From Candidatus Woesearchaeota archaeon (GTDB taxonomy: Archaea > Nanobdellota > Nanobdellia > Pacearchaeales > GW2011-AR1), in assembly GCA_964623495.1 (NCBI GenBank), contig CAZUTV010000002.1:18789-82788 (forward strand): a stretch of DNA of 64,000 nt. Direction: 5' to 3'. The stretch's first letter is position 1. Each line of letters opens with the position of its first letter. Under the pieces are notes generated by a model. It was not told the DNA's origin. It did no database searches and was given only the letters and a program-made list of their open reading frames with translations. Below are positions 57,701-64,000 of this stretch, piece by piece. Made by a program: the position numbers and the translations under genes.

Positions 57701-57995
57701 TGACTTAAATGCCAAGCTTGATGAGATTATCCTTGTAAATGGGAGTGTCAGCAAGGCTAAATTTAATATCCAATCAATTCATGAAGAGATTTTGCAACAA
57801 CCGCAATCTCCTATTACTGGCGGGGCTGTGTCTGGAGATAATGGGGGGCAGCAAGCAGGAAGTGAAGGAGGCAAGGCAGGAGGGGAAGGAAGCAACTTAA
57901 CTTTGATAATTGTCCTGGTTCTTTTAGTGGCTGCTGGAGTGGCTGGATTTATATTCTTTAAACAGAAGAATAGATATAAGAGGTTTGGATACTAG
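51762..57995 (+). CDS. Giant Cys/Trp-rich cell-surface protein (2077 aa)
   Basis: Signal peptide; dozens of C-x-W...WCE...CW repeats; DxDxDxxxDC Ca-binding-like motifs; an FN3-like segment; a Ser/Gly linker; ITGGAV; a C-terminal TM with a basic tail. Confidence 0.85.
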   Translation: MVGAKKNLALIVFLLAFFVFFSGISSSANCWSYTTQSTCETNSCKWKSDAWGSWCEELQCWSLNTQTDCSNSTYHTLIGKTCSWQTGGNSNFCGQISCWLYSGTNQSYCESNPSGRSCEWSSNCYNIGGGSGSSVSCWSISDQSTCGNTTGCRWGDCHDKGCWSFSNSTLCVNAKNPWDGRNCTWTGSSCMESSCGNSQLYPNQTVCTSASHCRWQGSSTSGWCETKNCWNFDGNQTGCLTANSTIGKSCNWDNGYCDDVGCWTYDSNQTACNQQPGCSWQTSTSSGWCEQVNCWIWDSMKGGNQTACTTLDSNYGLNCLWSGNPPGNSTSGWCYQDNSGISCTNITTEKSCYDTQYCWWQANDWNNASAGGTCSNPSWGGGGYSNNSIVNNWNPGCYIFDINSTDCNNIIGCNATSSTECDPINENSSIINVTAEYINTNGLNCTLINDSDLCNDIPILSSCCVWQNGSCSASYTTTSCRDQMSQTPSGETSCDDASTQAICEQLTGNPWYWPCKWNNVTSKCTVKAGDIWGNKTQNFVTIENQITCEAVGGKWVTENYCEGNSSIPAGRCEYKFDEERNCNKACFACEYKSDGSAHNSSADAKIACLNSKLGYCEFEESSSAPNGYGYCKAKEQFKGGFAEDCSASNCGGCTFMGFVNGTNGTKTPIDYCNGFSSSCKWIFDGSSSTKGYCADKGTKVCEDSCDRCYTREKCVNDGRTNIANQSGSCKWQGTDDDGSCVANIGESVEVCWNGEDDNDNDLTDCADPGCYSDSFCGFVGGTCSIWSDKSNCESNNCEWVSDKWGSWCDFKGSQCWRYDKNQNACQGITQVNNETMNISAARLSGNHINTSYTFSPLYVGLGLIQSSVFVLNGSGININGNYSVNFTTNTITFANNTFMLGTGNLMNIAYQYLSNTSQYCEWQNGTGVGWCEQDWSVAEQCMGFPNQTICETTQVSGTNCTWTVDSWCQGQGNSSDWCTNHGGWCDHPDFKPKNCWQYTGESACGIANCSWRTDQWSQPHCEANWSNNCWNYTVATCPTNLGCAVRSDSWGSWCDNTMNQCWSKTNQSACGAVSVCSWRNTSFGGECQPSCFNSTLSNSQSACAAVSGCYWKSDNGWCEEKQSAQCWNSTLSNNETACGATTGCRWKNPGWCSPEEGFNAGSMASGGGVGGAFGSECYKYDNNQTACTNSSLIGVSCVWSVEPQPVCEVDWSRDCWQYTSEAGGCNVTNGCWWNSNANPGYCTNMMDQCWQNASYQSWNNAQWLGNCTSNSLCTNSSFGGCEPKCFSTTTQSACQLINSSNVAACKWITGLCDPLGMSEIFDDMEGGQPVPLGGDICDGSETSQASVDLCGFGMKDMGDAYGFGAFVRSFVNSSVCNKLQVTSGGAPGSPGTQVIGSGNDTVKYIVYLDSDGLITGNCNLDSNSSAPGYEFKLVYSSEWNSNTSKATETFTAYKCDNNNWKITDIKISVWKELMCGEIGGPMIAIDKSELSKYPLLYDSTEDLRVFVATVGNTGSVSSPLDTAGPGWATPGAIDFEIAGAFEYGADSAKFENILKKGFVQYEDCFAAGDEDNDGVSNCNDWNCQFAPQCANLGVNAIGYSDTKMPQVIGVKIEEYPDSALIMYDTNKPTNGTLEFYKEDSTCTTLNSSVYDIGLTSTNVRDYKLWHSAEIYSANLGYSLSEDTTYYYRLKVCDNYGKCAISKCSSFVTSSTSKCGFCNFVTRIKAGSSWTISYDDNQDGTYEHVQGAVCGSNAGMKTNYSSGRRVNIKLSKTDGTTYFEFVNASLTKTGLNDKVRAISDSGDIIASSTLVGLSSETRDKIINNLHPEICRIKIPTSGACTTLYHCDDNGENCVDRTAESILIDSANCVWQIPYCEFSTYKTTSSSSSSSSSSSSGGGSSSGGAAGGLMYDVNDQQLTSGYSKELKIYDKLRFTLNQVYHFLELKSLTATSASIQVSSTPQQATLGVGESKKFELTDDNFYDLNAKLDEIILVNGSVSKAKFNIQSIHEEILQQPQSPITGGAVSGDNGGQQAGSEGGKAGGEGSNLTLIIVLVLLVAAGVAGFIFFKQKNRYKRFGY

Positions 57996-57996
57996 T

Positions 57997-58968
57997 TTAG
58001 TAAATTCCCGGAATGTATCTGTATCTTACTTTAGATTTATACAAAATGTATTCTTGATCCTGGTTTAAATGACGCTCTTCTGTTATTGTTCTTAGATGAT
58101 AAATAAATGACCATATTGCCATGCTGATTATTGCGGACCATGAAGCGATAGGAATTATTGTAATCCACCATGCGAGATTTTTTGAGATGTACGCTGGATG
58201 TCTTATGATAGAATAGGGGCCCCTTGATACAATTCCTCTGTTAGTTAAGTTAGAGCATTTTGATCCTAAAGCAAGTGTTGCACCTACGTAGATTAGTAGC
58301 AAGAAAATAATAATTATTCTTATGATAAATGTTAAGATATCACTTGAGAATAAAACATAGTCGTTTGCATACCAGTTTGTGTAATTAACTACAAAGGAAT
58401 TGAAGGGCGGGTAACATGCAATTGCAACTATCCAGCCAAGAATTGTTGGCTCAACACTCCTTATTTCATTTTTAAGGTGTTTGGATTCAAAGGCATATCC
58501 AAACGAGAACCATAATGTGTCAATGAGAAAAATTAAAGTTAATAGGGCTGGAAAGAGTATTAGATTAAAAGAGCTTATCGTAAATAGCGAGGATATGTTG
58601 GAAATGTTTGAAAGCTGGTATTTGAAAGCGTTAAAGTTGCCAAAAAAGAAGTTTAACATTATTGGAAGGAAGAATATCTTTACTATAACAAAAAGCATGG
58701 CTGTCTTCTCCTGTTTTTCTATTTTTTTTGGGTTTTTTAGTGCTTTAAAAATCAAGGCCCCTTTTGTCTCCTTAATTTTAGTATGGGGGATGAATAAGTA
58801 ATAGAAGAATCCAAATAAAGTATAGGCTAGACTTAGGTAGAGGATTGTCTTTAGAGTATCTTGTCTTAAAAATTCGTTGTAATAAGGGAAAGTTTTGTAG
58901 AATATAAAGACAAGCCAAATTAATATTAGGTTTAAAAAATACCCTTTAAATTTAACCAGCTTCATCAT
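57997..58968 (-). CDS. Isoprenylcysteine carboxyl methyltransferase / PEMT-like membrane protein
   Basis: SNLTNRGIVSRGPYSIIRHPAY, TEERHL and VRYRYIPG. Confidence 0.8.
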   Translation of the reverse strand: MMKLVKFKGYFLNLILIWLVFIFYKTFPYYNEFLRQDTLKTILYLSLAYTLFGFFYYLFIPHTKIKETKGALIFKALKNPKKIEKQEKTAMLFVIVKIFFLPIMLNFFFGNFNAFKYQLSNISNISSLFTISSFNLILFPALLTLIFLIDTLWFSFGYAFESKHLKNEIRSVEPTILGWIVAIACYPPFNSFVVNYTNWYANDYVLFSSDILTFIIRIIIIFLLLIYVGATLALGSKCSNLTNRGIVSRGPYSIIRHPAYISKNLAWWITIIPIASWSAIISMAIWSFIYHLRTITEERHLNQDQEYILYKSKVRYRYIPGIY

Positions 58969-59018
58969 TGTTGATTTAAGACAGCCATATTTATAAATTA
59001 TTTAACTTACTCTTTATT

Positions 59019-60233
59019 ATGGAAATAATTGCTGATTTGCAAATACACTCTAAATATGCTAGAGCAACTTCTAAAGATATTAGTATTGAAAATCTGGAGA
59101 AATATGCAAGAATGAAGGGCCTTGATTTGTTGGGGGTTGGAGATTTTCAGCATCCTTTGAGAAGAAAGGAGATTGACGAGAAACTTACTGAAGATGATAA
59201 AGGAATTTTAAGAACTGCTAATGGATTTCCTTTTTTGTGGCAGACTGAGGTTTCGTTGATGTTCTCACAGGGAGGAAAAAGAAGAGCAGTTCACTTGCTT
59301 GTTTTTGCTCCAAATACAAAAGTTGCTGATGAAATCACAAGATATCTTGGTAGCAAAGGAAGATTAGATTATGATGGAAGGCCCATCTTTGGGATTACTT
59401 GTGAAAAGTTTGTTGAAGAGATAAAGGAAATTGATGATAAAATAGAAATAATTCCGGCGCATTGCATGACTCCCTGGTTTGGAATTTTTGGGAGTGATTC
59501 TGGTTTTGATTCTTTAAAAGAGTGCTTCGGAGAACAAATAAAGCATATTTATGCTGTTGAATCTGGAATGAGTGCAGATCCTGCAATGCTCTGGAGGCTT
59601 GACGAAAACGTAAATATTGTCAGTTTTTCCGATGCACATAGTTTCTGGCCTTGGAGGCTTGGAAGAGAGGCAACCATTTTTGATTTTGAAGAGCTGAGTT
59701 ATAGCAATTTTATTCGGGCTATAAGGACAGGTAAGGGAATTAACGCCACTATTGAGACTCCTCCAGAGTATGGGAAATATCATTGGGATGGACATAGGAA
59801 TTGCAACTTTAGTTGTGGCCCTGAAGAAACAAAAAAACTTAATGGAATTTGCCCGGTATGCAAGAAAAAGATGACTATTGGGGTAGAGAATAGGGTAAAT
59901 TCTATAGCTAAATTCGAGGAAGGACACAAAAACCCCAATTCAAGAAAGTTTTATAAACTGCTCCCGTTGCATGAGGTTCTCGCTTTGCATTTTAATGTCA
60001 AAGATGTGCAAAACAAAAAAGTCTGGGAAGTTTATAATTCTTTGATTAAGGAATTTAACAACGAGTTTAATATTCTTTTAAATGTGGGCAAGCAAGAGTT
60101 TATCAATAAAAGTGTAGAATCAAAGATTATTGATTTAATCTTAAAAAACAGAGAGGAAAAAATAAAGGTTAATCCCGGATTTGACGGAGAGTATGGAAGG
60201 GCGATGATGGCAGAGAGGCAGGTTACGCTTTGA
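59019..60233 (+). CDS. endoQ: Endonuclease Q (PHP domain plus C4 Zn finger)
   Basis: DLQIHSKY, PAHCMTPWFG, SFSDAHS, GKYHWDGHRNC...CPVC and PGFDGEYG. Confidence 0.85.
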   Translation: MEIIADLQIHSKYARATSKDISIENLEKYARMKGLDLLGVGDFQHPLRRKEIDEKLTEDDKGILRTANGFPFLWQTEVSLMFSQGGKRRAVHLLVFAPNTKVADEITRYLGSKGRLDYDGRPIFGITCEKFVEEIKEIDDKIEIIPAHCMTPWFGIFGSDSGFDSLKECFGEQIKHIYAVESGMSADPAMLWRLDENVNIVSFSDAHSFWPWRLGREATIFDFEELSYSNFIRAIRTGKGINATIETPPEYGKYHWDGHRNCNFSCGPEETKKLNGICPVCKKKMTIGVENRVNSIAKFEEGHKNPNSRKFYKLLPLHEVLALHFNVKDVQNKKVWEVYNSLIKEFNNEFNILLNVGKQEFINKSVESKIIDLILKNREEKIKVNPGFDGEYGRAMMAERQVTL

Positions 60234-60339
60234 TTTTAATATACTTGTAATGCGCGGATTTTGTTTCTTTTTTGCACTTATTGCAAATATCTCTTAGAGT
60301 ATATGCTTTACAAGAAATACATTTCTTGAGTCTTTGCAT
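60223..60339 (-). CDS. nop10: Nop10-like Zn-ribbon protein (short)
   Basis: Not in the track. MQRLKKCISCKAYTLRDICNKCKKETKSAHYKYIKIKA* matches the archaeal Nop10 pattern KCxxCxxYTLxxxCxxCxxxTxxAH; downstream of aIF2-alpha. Confidence 0.7.
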   Translation of the reverse strand: MQRLKKCISCKAYTLRDICNKCKKETKSAHYKYIKIKA

Positions 60340-60340
60340 T

Positions 60341-60610
60341 TTAAAATTCGTCTATATTTCCTAAGATTGATGCTGTTTGGTTCACTAAAGCCTGCATTAC
60401 TTCTTTTTCTCTTGCATCAGGGTTTTTTGTTAGGTATTTTAGGACGTAGTCTGCCGCAGCAATGCCGAAAACCTTATTTTCCTTTTTAGAGCCGAGCCCA
60501 GACATCACGTGTCTTATTAGCTCTTCTGCTTCTGCATTTGGGTTTTTCTTTTTATAGGAGTAGGCTAGACTTCCTGCCTGCACCATTACCATCTTTTTGT
60601 CTTCCGCCAT
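60341..60610 (-). CDS. Hypothetical protein with an internal duplication (KKNPNAEAEE / TKNPDAREKE)
   Basis: ORF track; two-fold helical repeat. Confidence 0.6.
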   Translation of the reverse strand: MAEDKKMVMVQAGSLAYSYKKKNPNAEAEELIRHVMSGLGSKKENKVFGIAAADYVLKYLTKNPDAREKEVMQALVNQTASILGNIDEF

Positions 60611-60653
60611 TTTATGAAAAATTTATTAGAATTAAGAGTTTATAAGATTATCT

Positions 60654-61070
60654 CTACTTTAGGTTCATAATATATTCTTTTAATCTCGGGTGGAAAGAAG
60701 TGGTAAAATGTTTTTCAAGCTGCTCTGGAGCAACCCATTTAAGCTCGTGTATGTCGTCTCCTGCTTTCTCATTGCCCTTAAAAACCTCGCATAAGAAGTA
60801 TACGGCCATTAAATCCTTCTTTTCTGGATAGATTTTGGAGAAGATCGTACCTAGATTTTTAACCTCGTAGCCTGTTTTTAGCTTTACAACGTCCTTAAGT
60901 CTTTTATCCACATCATCTCCATGTGAAAGCCTTCCTCCAGGGAAACACCAGGTTAATTTTGGGAGATCTGGATCGTTTTCTCGTCTACCGATGAGTATTT
61001 GTCTCCTTTTTGGATCAAATATTACTGGAATTAACACCACGTTGAACGGGTGGAGTTCTTTCTTTTTCAT
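60654..61070 (-). CDS. NUDIX hydrolase with a degenerate Nudix box
   Basis: ILIGRR, WCFPGG and ELKWV; the REUXEE glutamates are missing. Confidence 0.75.
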   Translation of the reverse strand: MKKKELHPFNVVLIPVIFDPKRRQILIGRRENDPDLPKLTWCFPGGRLSHGDDVDKRLKDVVKLKTGYEVKNLGTIFSKIYPEKKDLMAVYFLCEVFKGNEKAGDDIHELKWVAPEQLEKHFTTSFHPRLKEYIMNLK

Positions 61071-61149
61071 ACAAAAATTTATTCAAAGGAGAGTATTTAA
61101 GCCTTTCGAATTTGTGATATATTAACAGAGAAAAATTTCCAATTTTCAT

Positions 61150-61860
61150 TTACTTCTCTCGAATACTAAATTTTAACCCGAATTCTCTAGCTTGTTTTTC
61201 TACAGAATTTAAAGATTCTTTTATGCTGTTTTCTGCATTTTTGGCGTCGGTGGATTCCATCTTTATAACGTACCTTCCAGCAGAGATATAAACCACTTCC
61301 CCCTTCCTTACTTGTTCTAAAATTTTCCTGATTAAAAGAATTCCTTCTGGTTTTGTGGTGCTTAAATTGAATTCTTTCTTTACTTCTATTGTTTTTTTCT
61401 TTTGGGAGTTTAAAATCTCAAGAATTTTTGAAGCTTCACTTTTGCTTAGAATTTTCTCCAGTTCTTTCTGGTTTGTTTTCGCTTCTTGGAAAAAATCTAT
61501 GATATTATTTTTCTGCGAAATTTCCTTTAAAACCTGTTCAAATCTAGAGCCGGCAACTGTTTTTAAGATGCTTTGATAGTTCTTCTCCAGTTTAGCTCTT
61601 TCAAGGACCTCTTTTTGTTCTTTTAGAGAGACTCGCCTTAAAGACAGATCTATTCTGTCTCCGGAAACTCTCAGTACTTTGCAGACTATTCTTTTTTTTG
61701 GAACTACATAATCTCTTAAATTCCTAATTCTTCCGGGGGCTATTTCACTGGTTATGATGCTCCCTTCGCCATCTCCGTCTATTTTTACAAAGACCACTGT
61801 CCCGACAATTCTGTCTACTGTGCATAGTAAAACATCTCCTTCTTGTAATTTCGAATCCAT
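61150..61860 (-). CDS. eif2a: Translation initiation factor 2 alpha subunit (aIF2-alpha)
   Basis: S1 domain SEIAPGRIRNLRDYV...VCKVLRV...IDLSLRRV; C-terminal YISAGRY. Confidence 0.88.
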   Translation of the reverse strand: MDSKLQEGDVLLCTVDRIVGTVVFVKIDGDGEGSIITSEIAPGRIRNLRDYVVPKKRIVCKVLRVSGDRIDLSLRRVSLKEQKEVLERAKLEKNYQSILKTVAGSRFEQVLKEISQKNNIIDFFQEAKTNQKELEKILSKSEASKILEILNSQKKKTIEVKKEFNLSTTKPEGILLIRKILEQVRKGEVVYISAGRYVIKMESTDAKNAENSIKESLNSVEKQAREFGLKFSIREK

Positions 61861-61900
61861 AGAAATAGGACATTTGGTTGGTTTTTAAGGGTTGTGGAGA

Positions 61901-62482
61901 TTATTTCCTTCCTTTTGCATAGGTTAACACTTTTTTTACTTGATCAATGTCGCTTCCATCGTACCTTATTACTTGCTTATTGGAAAAGTTTTGATTCCAA
62001 TGATGGGCAGGCATAATCACTATGCCTCTTGGTCGGTGTTCAAGCCACCTTTCTATATACTCTGGCCAGTCGTCAACCAAAAATGTTCCGTAAACCAAAC
62101 CTTTATCTTGGGTAATTGTTATCTTGGCATCTGGGGCTTTTGGCCTTACGTGTTTTTGAAACCATAAAAATTTTTCAACCCATGCGTTTGGGGAGCTTTC
62201 TGGGCTTTTTGTTAGCGCATGAATATTAAAACCCAGTCCAACAGCAACATTTAAGATATCAAACCCAAGTTTAAATTCAGGAAGATTCTCCCACCATCCC
62301 CTCTGGTTTCTAATTAGCCTTATTCTTTCCCTTACATGTGCAGGTTCACTATCTCTTGGATATGATCCGTAAGCCCTTTCTTCTTGGGATTTAATTCTGT
62401 CGTAATCTGTCTTCATCTGAGAATCATAATCTGCTAGAGTTCCATCAAGATCGAATAGCCCTATTTTTTCTATAAGCCCCAT
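61901..62482 (-). CDS. 5'(3')-deoxyribonucleotidase-like HAD protein (NT5C family)
   Basis: FDLDGTLADY, EKFLW, DKGLVYG, LVDDWP and WNQ. Confidence 0.75.
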   Translation of the reverse strand: MGLIEKIGLFDLDGTLADYDSQMKTDYDRIKSQEERAYGSYPRDSEPAHVRERIRLIRNQRGWWENLPEFKLGFDILNVAVGLGFNIHALTKSPESSPNAWVEKFLWFQKHVRPKAPDAKITITQDKGLVYGTFLVDDWPEYIERWLEHRPRGIVIMPAHHWNQNFSNKQVIRYDGSDIDQVKKVLTYAKGRK

Positions 62483-62521
62483 AAAGGTCTGGATTTTGGA
62501 AAGTTTTTAATAATTTCTATA

Positions 62522-63850
62522 TTATACCCTTATCATTTCTATTTCAAGATTTTTCTTTATTAAGTCTAGGAATTTGTCTTCGTGATTTTTTGAAATTACA
62601 GCTCCTGCTGCATTTTCGTGGCCACCAAACTCGCCACCTATTCTTTCTACGATCCCTCTTAACAATTCCCGCACATTTCTTCCGTTCCCTCCAACGCTTC
62701 TTACAGAGATTTTTATTTTATCCTCGTAATGCGCCATGGTGGTTATTACTGTGCCCTCTTCATATAATGATGAGTGAGAGAGTATACTTGCAATTGTGCC
62801 AATCATTGTATCTTTTATTTGGTCTTTTGCGTTTATTATTAAAAATCCGTTTCCATGTATTTTTTCTATCCTTTCCACAAACTCCAAGGATGATATCAGG
62901 CTTTGTTTATATTTTACATATATAGACTCGGCTCTTTTCTTTGAAGAGGGAATTTCCATTAAGAATTGAATCGCAACTTCCCCATTTCCTGATCTTGAGC
63001 AGGCATTGATTATAGCAGAAATTTCTCTTGCATCTTCTAGTTTTCCGAACATTTTAATTAGAAATATATCTCCTATTATTTGCTTGTGCTTTGTTTTTGG
63101 GTTTCTTAGCATTATTGAAGTAGTGAGCTTTTCCATTTCTTCCTTTTCAAGTTCAAGAATTGTTTTGTATTTCCCATTCGAGGGGGTTAAATTAACTTCT
63201 CTAAGTAATTCTATAACTCCTTGTGAACTTCCTGTAACTCCCGGTATATATGGTTCCGAACAGTATTCTAGTGTTTTATTTAAGGGGCGTGTTGACGGAT
63301 AAATAAGCAAGCCTTTTTTTCTTTTAATGTCTCCATAATCCAGTATTTCTTTATTAAGTTTATCAATGTCTCTTTCCAGCTGATCTCCGACCATTCCAAG
63401 AATAGCCAATTTTGCTAAGGGCTTAATGTCTTCGCAAAGCTCTTTGCAAAATAGATAAACCAGGCTAGAACTGCTAATTTTTTGCTTTTTATGGAGTTCT
63501 GGATTAATAATAAAGATGCTTTCTGGCACTTTTTGGGTTATTTCGTGGTGATCTATTACAAAGACCTCTTTTAACCCGGCTTCTTCAATATGGTTTAAAC
63601 TATTGGAAGCTAGATCTAGAAATAATGTGACTTTATCTTTTTTTAAATCGTTTATTGAATTTTTTTCAAGACTTTTGACTATCTTTAAGGTAAATTTTTT
63701 GTCTAGTCTTTTAAGTGTTTTTGTCATAATTGTTGCAGAGCTTATTCCGTCTGTATCAAAGTGACTGATTACCTGAACCTCCTTATCCTTTGATTTTTCT
63801 AAGAAAGCTTTTGCAGAGAATTTGATTGCATTTTCAAGAGAGTTTTCCAT
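62522..63850 (-). CDS. RecJ/GAN/Cdc45-like DHH family protein
   Basis: SHFDTDG, IDHH, INP, GMVGD and GGHENAAG; adjacent to rps15. Confidence 0.88.
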   Translation of the reverse strand: MENSLENAIKFSAKAFLEKSKDKEVQVISHFDTDGISSATIMTKTLKRLDKKFTLKIVKSLEKNSINDLKKDKVTLFLDLASNSLNHIEEAGLKEVFVIDHHEITQKVPESIFIINPELHKKQKISSSSLVYLFCKELCEDIKPLAKLAILGMVGDQLERDIDKLNKEILDYGDIKRKKGLLIYPSTRPLNKTLEYCSEPYIPGVTGSSQGVIELLREVNLTPSNGKYKTILELEKEEMEKLTTSIMLRNPKTKHKQIIGDIFLIKMFGKLEDAREISAIINACSRSGNGEVAIQFLMEIPSSKKRAESIYVKYKQSLISSLEFVERIEKIHGNGFLIINAKDQIKDTMIGTIASILSHSSLYEEGTVITTMAHYEDKIKISVRSVGGNGRNVRELLRGIVERIGGEFGGHENAAGAVISKNHEDKFLDLIKKNLEIEMIRV

Positions 63851-63872
63851 ATCACCAATTTTATAAAATTTA

Positions 63873-64000
63873 TTATTTATAGTAAGCCTTTAATGTTCTT
63901 AGCTGAGCAAAAACACGCTCTTTTTCTCTTCTAGCCCGCTTATCTTGCTTGTTTTTTTCAACATGTTTTTGAATTTTCTCTAGTTTGGCTTCTATGTTCT
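63873..64000 (-). CDS. rps15: 30S ribosomal protein S15 (uS15), C-terminal part
   Basis: Manual translation ...IEAKLEKIQKHVEKNKQDKRARREKERVFAQLRTLKAYYK*; the rps15-recJ gene order is typical of archaea. Confidence 0.75.
   Translation of the reverse strand, partial: NIEAKLEKIQKHVEKNKQDKRARREKERVFAQLRTLKAYYK

Noticed and set aside
1..64000. tRNA, rRNA, DGR or transposase genes
   Set aside because: No cloverleaf or rRNA-like GC-rich segments, reverse transcriptase or transposase motifs were recognised by eye. A tRNAscan/Infernal run would be needed to exclude small RNAs.

Overview
This AT-rich window is archaeal, with standard start and stop codon usage and many apparently leaderless genes. 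The gene set (cdc6/orc1-DP1-DP2, RadA, RPA, aIF2-alpha, aEF1-beta, split Hef, EndoQ, RecJ/GAN-like DHH protein, bacterial-type MetK, many TG[NF][AV][IV]-motif membrane proteins) points to a DPANN archaeon, probably Pacearchaeota or Woesearchaeota-like; this assignment is an inference. The window appears to contain the chromosomal origin: inverted ORB elements flank an AT-rich DUE at about 6.88-7.25 kb, just upstream of cdc6. The most striking region is origin-proximal. Two convergent coiled-coil/winged-helix genes (4024-4647 and 4909-5625) carry repeated DNA sites inside their own coding sequences. One holds an array of a 12-bp quasi-palindrome (AAACRGGTGTTY) that also occurs upstream and in a neighbouring gene. 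The other holds a near-canonical ORB fused to ten tandem 4-nt units. Other highlights are a family of ~47-bp hairpin elements encoding mini-ORFs whose TGA overlaps the next ATG, a large type IV pilus locus with about 10 pilin-like genes, three homopolymer frameshifts (one at a U_UUU_UUA slippery site), and a 2077-aa Cys/Trp-rich surface protein. No rRNA, tRNA or CRISPR array was recognised. All calls come from reading the sequence; no database searches were run.
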